From positions 1-35,804 of the forward strand of contig JAGGZG010000239.1 in NCBI GenBank assembly GCA_021162125.1: a stretch of DNA of 35,804 bases. The letters are read 5' to 3'. The DNA comes from Anaerolineae bacterium (GTDB taxonomy: Bacteria > Chloroflexota > Anaerolineae > JACIWR01). The notes beneath the pieces were generated by a model that saw only the letters and a list, made by a program, of their open reading frames with translations, searched no databases and was not told the origin of the DNA. Made by a program: the position numbers and the translations under genes. Positions 8,403-17,862 of the stretch are shown piece by piece. Each line of letters starts with the position of its first letter. Within the stretch, counting starts at the first letter, position 1.

Positions 8403-9604
8403 TGAATGCTCGAAGCTACATTGCTATCGAGGAGCGATATGGAGCCCGTAACTACCATCCACTGAACGTGGTGCTCACTCGCGGGGATGGGGTATGGGTG
8501 TGGGACGTGGAGGGGAAGAAGTACCTGGACTGTCTGGCTGCGTACTCGGCGGTCAACCAGGGCCACTGTCATCCGCGTCTCGTGAAGGTCATGGTCGAAC
8601 AGGCCTGCCGGCTGGCGCTCACCTCCCGCGCTTTCCGCAATGACCAACTGCCCCTCCTGGAGAAGGAGCTGTGCGAGCTCATCGGCTACGAAATGATGCT
8701 GCCCATGAACTCCGGCGCGGAAGCGGTGGAGACCGCGATCAAGATGGCGCGCAAGTGGGGGTACACCGTCAAGGGCGTGGCCGCTGACCAGGCGGAGATC
8801 ATTGTCTGCGAGGGCAATTTCCACGGGCGGACGGTGACCATTATCACTTTTTCCTCGGTAGAGAAATACCGTGATGGTTTCGGCCCCTTCACGCCGGGCT
8901 TCAAACGCATTCCTTACGGTGATGCTGACGCGCTGGCCGCGGCCATCACGTCCAACACGGTGGCTTTTCTGGTCGAGCCTATCCAGGGCGAGGGTGGCGT
9001 CATCGTTCCGCCGGCGGGATACCTGCAGCGGGTACGCGAAATCTGTACCGCGCGAAATGTGCTTTTCATCGCCGACGAGATTCAGAGCGGGCTGGGGCGC
9101 ACGGGCAAGATGTTGGCCTGCGAGCACGAGGGTGTGCGCCCCGACGTGGTGATCTTGGGCAAGGCTCTCTCCGGTGGGATGTATCCGGTCTCGGCTGTGT
9201 TGGCGGATAGGGAGGTGCTGGGCGTGTTCAAGCCCGGTGACCACGGTTCTACCTACGGCGGCAACCCGCTGGGCTGCGCGGTGGCCCGCGAAGCGCTGCG
9301 GATCATCGTGGACGAGAAGCTGTGCCAGCGCGCCGCGGAGCTGGGCAATTACCTCATGGCCGAGGTGAGGAAGATCCAGAGCCCGCACGTGGACTTTTAT
9401 CGGGGCAAAGGATTGTGGATCGGGATCGTACTCAAAGAGGAGGCGGGTGGGGCGCGCCGTTTCTGTGAGGCGCTGATGGAGAAGGGTATCCTGGCCAAGG
9501 AGACCCACGGAAACGTCATTCGCCTGTCCCCGCCGTTGGTCATCACCAGGGAGGAGATTGACTGGGCGGTGGAGCGCCTGCGCGATGTGTTGACCATGCC
9601 TTGA
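8402..9604 (+). CDS. rocD: Ornithine--oxo-acid aminotransferase
   Basis: [51 protein letters not shown] and IRLSPPL; TGATG overlap with the SDH stop. Confidence 0.9.
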   Translation: MNARSYIAIEERYGARNYHPLNVVLTRGDGVWVWDVEGKKYLDCLAAYSAVNQGHCHPRLVKVMVEQACRLALTSRAFRNDQLPLLEKELCELIGYEMMLPMNSGAEAVETAIKMARKWGYTVKGVAADQAEIIVCEGNFHGRTVTIITFSSVEKYRDGFGPFTPGFKRIPYGDADALAAAITSNTVAFLVEPIQGEGGVIVPPAGYLQRVREICTARNVLFIADEIQSGLGRTGKMLACEHEGVRPDVVILGKALSGGMYPVSAVLADREVLGVFKPGDHGSTYGGNPLGCAVAREALRIIVDEKLCQRAAELGNYLMAEVRKIQSPHVDFYRGKGLWIGIVLKEEAGGARRFCEALMEKGILAKETHGNVIRLSPPLVITREEIDWAVERLRDVLTMP

Positions 9605-9629
9605 GAACGGCGCTTTGTCAGGGAACAAG

Positions 9630-9661
9630 CGTGCCACGCACCTCAGAATGTGCGTGGCACG
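9630..9661. repeat. REP-like palindrome, family A
   Basis: CGTGCCACGCAC-N8-GTGCGTGGCACG directly after the rocD stop; related to 18854, 24595 and 32285. Confidence 0.8.
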
Positions 9662-9811
9662 TTTGCGTTTTGGTGACATTCGTGATAGAGCGATGTCGGG
9701 TAATGAAACGCTGAGTTCCACCTTGAGGAAGGGAGGCTACTGAGACGGAATTGGATGCCTGCCAGACGTGGAGTGAGGGAAGACAAGCAAAAAGGCACAG
9801 GCCAATGTTGG

Positions 9812-10144
9812 TCAGGCTGTCACTAACTCCGGTTCTGGCCCGCGCACCGGCAGTGCCGGTATCTGGGCCAGCACATCCAAGTACCACCACCAGTGGGAGG
9901 GTGGCGTGCAGAGCCGACGGCGCTCTGCGGCCAGATCAACAAAGCGAGAAAGTTCAGCCAGGAACTCAGCGGCGTGAGCCAACAGGCGAGCGTCGGCCTC
10001 GGCAAGTTGGCGACGTTCTTCGCGGCTGAGCATGTGTTCCAGATCGGCTAACTCACTGCGCCGCCTGAGCATCTGGAGATGCTCAATCCCGCTGACGTCT
10101 GGGTATTGAGTATCTATCACATAGGCTTGAAGTAATTCATTCAC
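9812..10144 (-). CDS. Hypothetical helical protein with PPSHWWWYLD motif; candidate antitoxin/immunity protein
   Basis: GTG start overlaps the upstream stop (GTGA); 110 aa, helix-favouring composition. Confidence 0.7.
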   Translation of the reverse strand: MNELLQAYVIDTQYPDVSGIEHLQMLRRRSELADLEHMLSREERRQLAEADARLLAHAAEFLAELSRFVDLAAERRRLCTPPSHWWWYLDVLAQIPALPVRGPEPELVTA

Positions 10145-10518
10145 GATAGTATCTCCCTTGTTGACCCTACTGGAACGTACCTGGGATCAGCGCTGAAATA
10201 AGTGTCGGGTTTATCGGGGGGAAAGGCTGTTTCCATGATCCCGTTCAGACTGAACATAGCCAGCCATATCCGGCCCTCGTAGGGCGCGACCAATGTGAGA
10301 TAATCCGTTGGACCATACCGATAGACGTAGACGAAGGCGTCCGGGTGTGATATGATGGCCAGAATAACCGCTTCGTACTCGGCGAGTGTCGTTGCTGGAG
10401 GCAAATGCCCCTGCCGAATACGCTTTGCCAGGTGCCGGTGGCCTTTCCCCGGCTTCCAACGCACACCGGATTGAACCCGCCGGATGGCTTTCGCTACCTG
10501 AGCCCGAAAGTCTTCCAC
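10141..10518 (-). CDS. Hypothetical protein; candidate BECR/RelE-like ribonuclease toxin
   Basis: GGAG RBS; N-terminal RHLAKR helix, then beta-meander-like segments ending GIMETAFPP. The fold call is by pattern only. Confidence 0.6.
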   Translation of the reverse strand: MEDFRAQVAKAIRRVQSGVRWKPGKGHRHLAKRIRQGHLPPATTLAEYEAVILAIISHPDAFVYVYRYGPTDYLTLVAPYEGRIWLAMFSLNGIMETAFPPDKPDTYFSADPRYVPVGSTREILS

Positions 10519-10631
10519 TTTACTGCTCCGGGATTGTTATAGCACAAGTGTCGAACGATGGTCACCAAGTGTTGGTGCAGATAATTGATCGTTTCGGGCG
10601 AGGTAGCGAACTCCTCGTCGCTGTGGATAGA

Positions 10632-10660
10632 AGTATATCATACCGCAGGCCGGATGTCAA
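10632..10660 (-). promoter_or_regulatory. Sigma70-type promoter TTGACA-17-TATACT (extended -10)
   Basis: Reverse complement reads TTGACA tccggcctgcggtatga TATACT, pointing at the 10518 gene pair; a second TG-c-TATAAC lies at 10544-10536. Confidence 0.75.
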
Positions 10661-10726
10661 CGATGGACGGAGCAGGCGAGAACTGGGAAGGTGTCACCCC
10701 CATCCTTTAGGTCGGTCCAAGTGGTT

Positions 10727-11716
10727 TCATCCTTCATCGAACACCTTGCGGTACGCTTCGTCAACCTCTTCGTCGCTGAGGTGGGTGTAGCGTTCGGTGG
10801 TGCTGATGTTCTCGTGTCGCGCTGCGCGCTGTGCCAGGTGGATGTTCCCCGTTGCGGATACGATGCGGGTGACGAAGTCGTGGCGGAAGGAGTGGGGGGT
10901 GATACCCTCGGCTTCCTCCGGCGAGAGGGCCAATGCCGCGTAATGTTTGACCAGTTTCTCGACGGTGCGTGGGCTGAGGGGCAGCACCCGCTTCCCGGCG
11001 CCCCGGTCGTGGCGGGCGAAGAGGGGCAGGCTGCCTAGCGATTGTGGCTGCTCTCCATCCAGGATCTGCCGGGCGGACAGGTAGCGGCGGATGCGGGTCA
11101 ATGCGCGGTGCGAGAAACGGACCACGGCCTGTTTGTCGCCTTTGCCGATGATCATCGCCTGCGCCCGGTTCCAGTCAATGTCCCGCCGGCGCAGGGCACA
11201 TAGCTCCGAGACGCGCAATCCGGTGTCGGCCAGGGTCACCAGCAGCGCCACGTCACGCAGGGCGAGGAGACGCTTCTCGTTCTCGGCCATCATCAACTGC
11301 GCTTCTGCCTCGGCGATGATGCGGTCCACCTTCTCGGCCAGGCCCAGTGGGGGGAGCCGTTGGCCCAGGCGGCGGCGTCGCTTGAGCAGAGAGTCCATGC
11401 GTGCCAGGTTAACCTCGGCCCACCCCTCGCCGGCGACGTAACGGTAGAACCCGGAGACGGCGGTGGTGTACAGGTGCTCGGTGGCCACGGCGTAGGTCTT
11501 CAGGTCGCGGAGGAGGTGAAGGAGCCACTCCGGGGTGAGTGCCGCCACCGGCGTGCGCGCCGGGTTGATCTCCTGAGCGCGCAGGGTCTCGGTGAAAAAG
11601 CTCAGCCCCCGGCGATAAGCGGCGACCGTTTTGGGATTGCGGCCAATCACGTTCTGGAGGAAATCCAGGTAGCGGTCCATGGCCTGTTCGATGGTCAGCG
11701 TGGTTTCCTGCTGCAT
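10727..11716 (-). CDS. Tyrosine recombinase (XerC/XerD-like)
   Basis: Catalytic set R (TGLRVSEL), K (GKGDK), HxxR (HSFRH), H and Y (ARHENISTTERYTH); SAM-like N-terminus. Start set at ATG 11716 because the upstream extension includes tandem repeat. Confidence 0.92.
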   Translation of the reverse strand: MQQETTLTIEQAMDRYLDFLQNVIGRNPKTVAAYRRGLSFFTETLRAQEINPARTPVAALTPEWLLHLLRDLKTYAVATEHLYTTAVSGFYRYVAGEGWAEVNLARMDSLLKRRRRLGQRLPPLGLAEKVDRIIAEAEAQLMMAENEKRLLALRDVALLVTLADTGLRVSELCALRRRDIDWNRAQAMIIGKGDKQAVVRFSHRALTRIRRYLSARQILDGEQPQSLGSLPLFARHDRGAGKRVLPLSPRTVEKLVKHYAALALSPEEAEGITPHSFRHDFVTRIVSATGNIHLAQRAARHENISTTERYTHLSDEEVDEAYRKVFDEG

Positions 11717-11752
11717 GTCAGATGCAAGCTCTCCAGTCTGGACGAGCTGGAA

Positions 11753-11789
11753 GCAAGCGGGCAAGTGTGCAAATCAGCAAATCGGCAAA
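11753..11789. repeat. 8-nt tandem repeat (GCAAATCR-like), same family as 6954-7025
   Basis: GCAAGCGG GCAAGTGT GCAAATCA GCAAATCG GCAAA. Confidence 0.7.
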
Positions 11790-11839
11790 AAGGATGCATG
11801 CTTTATCCAAGCTCAAGTTCTGCTCTCCTGAAGGACTGG

Positions 11840-13357
11840 CTACTCATCGTCGGCCAGTGCTTTTTGTACCTGCTTGACCAGTTGCGCTGTGCTCCGTGGA
11901 TCGTACACCGAAACGAGGGTGATGGTTTGCACGGTGGTGCCGTCGGGTGTTTGGGCGGTGGTGACCACCCGCAGGTCGGCCGGGCGTGTGCTCGCCACCT
12001 GAGCGGTGTACGTTCCGGGCACATCGGTGCGTTCGCTGAAGGTTGCGTCTACGTTCCAGGGTTCCAGGTGCGCCGTCACCTGCGCCCCGCTGATGGGGGT
12101 GCCGTCGGCCTGCGTCAGCGTTGCCTCGAGAGCGATGGGCTGGCCCAAGGGGTAGTGAGTCAGCGCGGGGCGGACGCGCAGGACGGGCCTGATCCCCGCT
12201 TCCCAGGCCGCCGGCGATGCGGCCAGGGGCGCGGCCAGAGGGGTCAGCAGTTCTTGCCTCAGGCGAGGGCGGACCTCCGGCGCGGAGAAGAGCATGCCGT
12301 GTCCTAGATTGTAGCGATAATTGCGCACGTTGGGGCCGGATAGTTCCGCGCTGACGGTGGGCACCGTGCCATCACCGGATTTTGGCTGGGGGGTGAACTC
12401 GATTTCATCCCACTTGAGTTGCCCGTTCTGGCGAGGTACGGTTAAATAGGTGACAGTCGGCCACTCGGAACCGATAATACCCACCACCGGCACGCTGCTG
12501 CTCTGGGGCATTTGTTCATAAAACGCCTGAGCTTTGATCAGGTGTTCATGGTATTGGGACGGCAGCCACGATCTCTCGGTGAAGATGTCCACTGGCTGGC
12601 CGTCGCTGGCGGTGATGAAGCCAGGATAGATGGGCAGTAGTTCGTAGAGTGAGGGGAAGGAGCACACCACTTTACGCGAAAGCGGTTTCAGCAAGGGGTC
12701 AACGTCCGGGTTGCCGATGCCGAATCCTTCCAGCAGGAGCTGGAAGAGATAGGGGGCACCTAGATTCGGCGTGCCCATCAGGATCAGTTTCTCCACGTCG
12801 GCCTGGTGGCCCAGCACCTCGACGTAATAGCGGGTGAGAGGGCCGCCCATGCTGTGAGCGATGACGATGAACTTTGCATCCGGCCCGACGACGCGGCGCG
12901 CCCGTTCGATGCAATGCTCGAGGGCTACGACGGCTTCTTCCAAGGGTAATCGCCAGTCGTAGGGACAGGTGAACAGGGTCTGTTCCGTCTCAAAGCCCAG
13001 GGAGGTGAGGAAGGTGATAAGTTGGTTGTACACATCGTATTCGGGCAGGCCGGGGAGGTGGAGCACGCGGTCGAGTATCTCCAGGGGTTCGATGAGTTGT
13101 TCCTTGTCGGGCAGGTCCAGCAGACCAGGCTTGAGCAGCACGCGCACCAGGTTGGGCGGGTCGGGGACCCAGATGAGCTCGTCCCACAAGTGACCGGGTG
13201 GGCGGTGGAACTCGGGGTCGGACAGGCGGGAGATCAGGTTGCGAATGATTACCCGCAGCATGTCGAGCCAGTTCTCGTGGGGGCGGGGGTGGTGGTCGAA
13301 CAGCTTCGAGCCCATTCCTCCGGGGACGACGATGACCGGGTGAGGTACGGCAGGCAT
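11840..13357 (-). CDS. LCAT/PGAP1-like alpha/beta hydrolase (lipase/acyltransferase) with C-terminal Ig-like domain
   Basis: VPGGMGSKL oxyanion loop, PYDWRL, AHSMGG nucleophile, GTPNLGA, GDGTVP and a catalytic His region; beta-rich C-terminus; AGGAGGAGG RBS before ATG 13357. Confidence 0.85.
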   Translation of the reverse strand: MPAVPHPVIVVPGGMGSKLFDHHPRPHENWLDMLRVIIRNLISRLSDPEFHRPPGHLWDELIWVPDPPNLVRVLLKPGLLDLPDKEQLIEPLEILDRVLHLPGLPEYDVYNQLITFLTSLGFETEQTLFTCPYDWRLPLEEAVVALEHCIERARRVVGPDAKFIVIAHSMGGPLTRYYVEVLGHQADVEKLILMGTPNLGAPYLFQLLLEGFGIGNPDVDPLLKPLSRKVVCSFPSLYELLPIYPGFITASDGQPVDIFTERSWLPSQYHEHLIKAQAFYEQMPQSSSVPVVGIIGSEWPTVTYLTVPRQNGQLKWDEIEFTPQPKSGDGTVPTVSAELSGPNVRNYRYNLGHGMLFSAPEVRPRLRQELLTPLAAPLAASPAAWEAGIRPVLRVRPALTHYPLGQPIALEATLTQADGTPISGAQVTAHLEPWNVDATFSERTDVPGTYTAQVASTRPADLRVVTTAQTPDGTTVQTITLVSVYDPRSTAQLVKQVQKALADDE

Positions 13358-13438
13358 TCTCCTCCTCCTTTCTCTTCGCGTAGTCAAGTCGCTGATAGAA
13401 AACGGCGACCAGATGTGTGAAGGCGCTGCTCTGATTAG

Positions 13439-13467
13439 AGCATACCACACCTGGCCGCCGATGTCAA
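13439..13467 (-). promoter_or_regulatory. Sigma70-type promoter TTGACA-17-TATGCT
   Basis: Consensus -35, 17-nt spacer and TG-extended -10 upstream of the lipase gene. Confidence 0.65.
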
Positions 13468-13490
13468 CTGTCTGAAGGTTGATAAAGTTT

Positions 13491-14360
13491 CTACGCTTCC
13501 CCGAAAAAGTCCAAAGCTAGCTGTAGCACCTCCTGCGGCTTCTGCCACTCCATGTCGTGGATGCCGTCGGGAATCTCCACGATGCGCGCGCTGGGCACCT
13601 CGGCCCGCAGGAAGTCCAGGGTGGGCTTGATGTGTTCACGATAAGCCGAGCGCCCCCCGGTCAGCAGCAGGACAGGGGCCCGGATACGCCGCGCGTCGGC
13701 ACGCAAATCCACATCCGTTGCCGAAAACAGGCTGCGCTTGATACCGCCCCAGCCGTGACGGCTGGCGCAGCGCACCTCGCTGGCGACGTAGCTCAGCCAC
13801 GCTTTCCGCTCCTCTTCCGTCATCTCATCCCACCAGGGGCCAGCTATCCCTCGCGCGAATTTGATGTTCCACACGCCTGAGCGCACCACGGCGAAGAAAA
13901 GATCGCCGACGATGGGGGTGCTGACCAGCCACGATTGCAGGCGGCTCCAGCCCGGGAGACCTTTCTCCACGCTGATGAAGCCCTCGATGGCCAGCACTTT
14001 GCCCGTTCGCTGCGGATGGCGGCCGGCGAAATCGAGGACGATGGTACCGCCGTATGAAACGCCCATCAGGTGCGTCTGCTCAATGCCCAGAACATCCAGC
14101 AACCCGGCGATGACATCGGACTGTTCCTGGGGGCTGTAGCCGAAGCCACGAGCGGGTTTGTCGGACTCTCCCGTCCCCACATAGTCCACGGCCAGCACGC
14201 GGAAGTGCTGGGCCAGGCCCGGGGCCACCCGCTGCCAGTTGCGGTAGGTGGCGAAGGAAGGCGGGATGAGCAGGAGCGGATGCCCTTCGCCAGTTTCTAC
14301 GTAGTGGATGCGGTAGCCCTTGACGGTTGCGTAATGGTCGGTGCCGAATTGAGCTTTCAT
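13491..14360 (-). CDS. Alpha/beta fold hydrolase
   Basis: HYVETGEG, DYVGTGESDKP, GVSYGG nucleophile elbow, GIHDMEWQKP; GAGGA RBS before ATG 14360. Confidence 0.88.
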   Translation of the reverse strand: MKAQFGTDHYATVKGYRIHYVETGEGHPLLLIPPSFATYRNWQRVAPGLAQHFRVLAVDYVGTGESDKPARGFGYSPQEQSDVIAGLLDVLGIEQTHLMGVSYGGTIVLDFAGRHPQRTGKVLAIEGFISVEKGLPGWSRLQSWLVSTPIVGDLFFAVVRSGVWNIKFARGIAGPWWDEMTEEERKAWLSYVASEVRCASRHGWGGIKRSLFSATDVDLRADARRIRAPVLLLTGGRSAYREHIKPTLDFLRAEVPSARIVEIPDGIHDMEWQKPQEVLQLALDFFGEA

Positions 14361-14388
14361 GGTCAGTTCCTCTTTAATAGAGGTGTGG

Positions 14389-15153
14389 TCAATACCCCAG
14401 TTTTCGGCCCCGCTGGTGCAGCTTAACCGAGGGCAGCAGGAACAGGACGCCACTCAGCAGTAGCACGACCACGTCCAGCCACGGGTTGAGTAGACCCTGG
14501 CCCAGCACGGCGTGGTTCATCAGGTCCTGAGCGTAGGTCAACGGCGAGAGGTAAGCCACCGCTCGCGCCACTGCTCCCATCTCCGCCAGCGGGATGAAGA
14601 CGCCGCTGATGAAGAGCAGTCCCCAGCGCAGTAACGTGCTGGGCATCTGCACGTCGCCCGGGTTGCGGGTGGGAATGGAGCCAAAGATCAACCCCAGAGC
14701 CGAGAAAGAGAAAGACCCCAGGATCACCCCGGCAGTCAGCAGCCAGGGCTGGGCGATGCGCGCTCCAAAGACCACCACGCCGATGAGCAGGGCAAAGGCC
14801 GATGTACCGATGGCAAAAATGGCCCCCACCGCCGTCTTTCCCAGGAGCAGGGTTAGCAGTGACATCGGTGCGGCCAGCAGCCGGTCGTAAGTGCCCAGTC
14901 GTCGTTCCAGGGGGATGATGAAAGGGCCGGCAGCGGCCGCGGTGAAAAAAGTGGTCAGAGCCAGCAGGCGGGCGACGCCCTGTGCGACGGCCATTTCCCG
15001 CCGCACCGAGAAGGAGAAGAACATAAAGAACGGCATCAGCAGGCCGAACATGATCATCCCCGGTCGGAAATAATAGACCTTCATATCCTTGACGACCACA
15101 ACCCATGCCTGAGCCAGTTCGTCCTGCAGTCGTTGCCACCATCCATCCTTCAT
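14389..15153 (-). CDS. ABC-2 type exporter permease
   Basis: About six hydrophobic segments; ERRLGTYDRLLAAP and ISGVFIP...SPLTY motifs; ATGA overlap with the ATPase. Confidence 0.9.
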   Translation of the reverse strand: MKDGWWQRLQDELAQAWVVVVKDMKVYYFRPGMIMFGLLMPFFMFFSFSVRREMAVAQGVARLLALTTFFTAAAAGPFIIPLERRLGTYDRLLAAPMSLLTLLLGKTAVGAIFAIGTSAFALLIGVVVFGARIAQPWLLTAGVILGSFSFSALGLIFGSIPTRNPGDVQMPSTLLRWGLLFISGVFIPLAEMGAVARAVAYLSPLTYAQDLMNHAVLGQGLLNPWLDVVVLLLSGVLFLLPSVKLHQRGRKLGY

Positions 15154-16169
15154 CGCCGACCTCCTCTCCTGCCTCTTGCCCCCGGCCTCCTGTTTCTTGC
15201 CTCCTGCGTCTCGTGGCGCACCGTGCCCACCTGCTGACCGGTGATCTCCAAAAAGACGTCCTCCAGGCTGGGACCGAGAGTGCTCAGGCTGACCACCCGC
15301 AGTTCGTGCGAGCGGGCGTAGTCTATTATCTGCGGCAGCAGTGCCGACGGGTCCTCGGTGTACAGCCGCCATTTGTCTCCCATCTTGACCGACGTAGTTA
15401 CCCCGGGCAGCGCCGCCAGCGCTTGGCCCAGGAAACCTTTGGGAGGTTCCAGGGCTACTTCCACTGATTGCACCCGCCGGAAGGCCCGCTTCAGCTGCTC
15501 TGGGGTATCAATGGCCGCGATCTGCCCGTGGTTGATGATGGCCACCCGGTCGCAGAGTTGATTGGCTTCCTCAATCTGATGAGTAGTCAAGAAGATAGTC
15601 GTCCCTTCGGAGTTCAGTTGACGGATGAGGTCACGGATAGCGTGGGTGCTCTGCGCGTCCAGCCCCGGAGTTGGCTCGTCCAGAAAGAGAAGTGTCGGTT
15701 TGTGAATGATGGCCATGGCGATGCTCAGTCGCCGGCGCATCCCTTTAGAAAAGTTCTCCACCTTCACGTCCCGCTTTTCCCAAAGACCGAAGGTCTCCAG
15801 CAGTTCCCGTGCTCGCGTACCCCGCTCACTACGGGGCACGCGGTAGAGTTTGGCGGTGAACATCAAGTTGTCCCAAGCGGTCAGTTCGGCGTAGACGTTG
15901 GACTCCTCCGGCACCAGGCCCATCCGCCGCTTGACCGGATAGGCGTCGTGGGCCAAGTCGTGACCGCTGATAACGATGCGGCCCTCGGTTGGCTCCAACA
16001 GCGTGGCCAGCATACGTTGGGTGGTCGTCTTGCCCGCGCCGTTGGGACCTAGAAAGCCGAAGACCTCACCCTGGCGCACCTCAAAGTTGATGTGGTCTAC
16101 CGCCAGTACGCCTGCCCCTGGACGGCCGTAGTACTTGGTCAAGTTTTGGACTTCAATAGCATTGCTCAT
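15150..16169 (-). CDS. ABC exporter ATP-binding protein (DrrA-like)
   Basis: GPNGAGKTT, FSKGMRRR, LFLDEPT, TTH and SLEDVF. The Arg-rich tail is encoded by a 7-nt repeat tract at about 15160-15212. Confidence 0.93.
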   Translation of the reverse strand: MSNAIEVQNLTKYYGRPGAGVLAVDHINFEVRQGEVFGFLGPNGAGKTTTQRMLATLLEPTEGRIVISGHDLAHDAYPVKRRMGLVPEESNVYAELTAWDNLMFTAKLYRVPRSERGTRARELLETFGLWEKRDVKVENFSKGMRRRLSIAMAIIHKPTLLFLDEPTPGLDAQSTHAIRDLIRQLNSEGTTIFLTTHQIEEANQLCDRVAIINHGQIAAIDTPEQLKRAFRRVQSVEVALEPPKGFLGQALAALPGVTTSVKMGDKWRLYTEDPSALLPQIIDYARSHELRVVSLSTLGPSLEDVFLEITGQQVGTVRHETQEARNRRPGARGRRGGRR

Positions 16170-16984
16170 TTACTTCTCCTTTGCCAGCCTAGCGCATCAT
16201 CCCGTGGGCAGGCTGCAATGCAAGCCCCGCAGGCGAAGCAGTCGGCGTGGATTTTCTTCCCGGCGTAAAAGTCGGCCATCGCCTGGGTGGGGCAGGCCTT
16301 GACACACAATTTGCACTCTTTGCACGCTTCGCGGTTGATGCGTGGCCGCAGCAGGCTCACCTGTTCCACCAGCCAGCCAATCAGCCCGAAGGGGCAGAGA
16401 AACTGGCACCAGGGCCGGTAGATGAACAGGCTGGCGATCAGCACGGCGGCCGAGAACAGCCCCACCCACAGGGTGAAGTTGAACTGAAAGAGTCTGAACG
16501 GGTCCACAAGCTTGACCCAATCCAGGCCCGCCACCGCCAGCCCCACGACCAGCACCACAAAGGCGACGACGCGCACGGTATTGGAGAGCCAGAAAGGTGG
16601 CTTCCATTTGGGCAACGGCACGCGGTACAGCAAGTCTTGCAGCAGCCCTAACTGGCAGCCCCAGCCGCAGATGGACTTGTTGGAAATCCAGACCATCAGC
16701 AGCAGGACGAGCAGCATCGCGACGATGGGGAGCACAAGTTGATGGCGCACCAGGATAGCCGTGAGCAGGCTGCGCACCGAAAATACTGGATTAGGATTCA
16801 GTCCCCGCCGGGCAGCGAGGCCGTAGGCGAACCCAAAAACCAGCGTGCCGCCGATGAGGAAAGCCAGGCGCACCCTGGGCGTTACCTTGCGCCGGCGCAG
16901 AAGGATCGCAGCGACCACGGTCACCACGATCCACAGAATAAACTTGCTCAGAATCACGGGATTGAGAGCCGTTTGGTTAGGCAT
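16166..16984 (-). CDS. Membrane 4Fe-4S-binding protein (NapH/CcoG/NosR-like)
   Basis: TM helices, CGWGCQLG, WCQFLCPFG and two ferredoxin motifs (CKECKLCVKACP, CFACGACIAACP). Confidence 0.88.
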   Translation of the reverse strand: MPNQTALNPVILSKFILWIVVTVVAAILLRRRKVTPRVRLAFLIGGTLVFGFAYGLAARRGLNPNPVFSVRSLLTAILVRHQLVLPIVAMLLVLLLMVWISNKSICGWGCQLGLLQDLLYRVPLPKWKPPFWLSNTVRVVAFVVLVVGLAVAGLDWVKLVDPFRLFQFNFTLWVGLFSAAVLIASLFIYRPWCQFLCPFGLIGWLVEQVSLLRPRINREACKECKLCVKACPTQAMADFYAGKKIHADCFACGACIAACPRDDALGWQRRSK

Positions 16985-16997
16985 GACGTTACCTCCG

Positions 16998-17336
16998 TTA
17001 GAGTATTTTCGTTGCCCGGGTGGGTCTGGGCGTCTTGACCACTAGGAAGTGAAACACCTCGTCACTCTCGTTGAGCAGGCGGTGGGGGATACGGGCTGGG
17101 CTTTCGATGAGTGAGTTGGGAGATACCGGCTGGCGTTCGTCACCGATCTCGACAATACCGTGCCCTTCGAGCACGTAGAAAAACACGTCCACCGGTGTGA
17201 CGTGCAATTTAAGTGCCTCACCGGGCTGGAGCGTGACCATCACCACCTGGACGTGTTCTGTCTCGTGCAGCTTGCGCGCGCTGACGCCGTGGGGGTTGGG
17301 GGTCTCCGGGGCCTCAAACGCTTTGACAATTTTCAA
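16998..17336 (-). CDS. Cupin-domain protein
   Basis: TTG start after AGGAGGAG; LQPGEALKLH, FYVLEGHG and PARIPH cupin motifs. Confidence 0.85.
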   Translation of the reverse strand: MKIVKAFEAPETPNPHGVSARKLHETEHVQVVMVTLQPGEALKLHVTPVDVFFYVLEGHGIVEIGDERQPVSPNSLIESPARIPHRLLNESDEVFHFLVVKTPRPTRATKIL

Positions 17337-17392
17337 CTCTATTCTCCTCCTATGATAATGGCTGTGTGGCAGTGGGCTGACGTGCACAATGC

Positions 17393-17839
17393 CTATTTGT
17401 GGCTGGTCTCTGCTTCGGCAGCGCTGAGGGCCTTCTCCAGCAGGGCCAATAACGTGGTCTGTTCTTCCGATGTCAGGTTTGCCAGTAACCGCCGAACTTT
17501 CTGCAGGCGAAAGTTTTGCGCCTGTCGGTGCAACGCTTGGCCCTGAGGGGTCAAAAAAAGCCGGATGGCCCGCCGGTCCTGCGGATCGGGCTGGCGTTCC
17601 AGCAATCCCGCTTCCTCCAGCCGGCGTACCCCCACGCTGACGGTAGGAGCTGTCACATTCAGACCGGTTGCTATCTCCTGGACGCCGCAACCGGGCGATC
17701 CGGCGATCCAATCCAGTAAAGTGAGTTGTGACGGCGTCATGCGGACATCTTCGAAGGGGAGACAACCTGGCCCCAGTTTTCGCAGTCGGCCCAATAAGTT
17801 CAGAAAACTCTCTTCCACCGGCGGTGATTCATCAGCCAT
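17393..17839 (-). CDS. MarR-family transcriptional regulator
   Basis: TPSQLTLL, wHTH PTVSVGVRRLEEAGLL, DPQDRRA and LTPQG. Confidence 0.93.
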   Translation of the reverse strand: MADESPPVEESFLNLLGRLRKLGPGCLPFEDVRMTPSQLTLLDWIAGSPGCGVQEIATGLNVTAPTVSVGVRRLEEAGLLERQPDPQDRRAIRLFLTPQGQALHRQAQNFRLQKVRRLLANLTSEEQTTLLALLEKALSAAEAETSHK

Positions 17840-17862
17840 CGAGTTTTTTCCCTTTCGGAGTA

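Noticed and set aside
5728-9721. Long antisense ORFs (5728..7080, 8333..9721, and likewise 19989..21257 and 11360..12307)
   Set aside because: Shadow frames opposite well-supported genes, as expected in high-GC DNA; no motifs.
9662-9811. Possible gene remnant between rocD and the TA-like pair
   Set aside because: No recognisable homology, RBS or repeat structure by eye.
9660-11790. Integrative element or prophage built around the tyrosine recombinase
   Set aside because: I found no att-like direct repeats, tRNA target, or phage or conjugation genes; the enzyme could equally be a housekeeping Xer-type recombinase.
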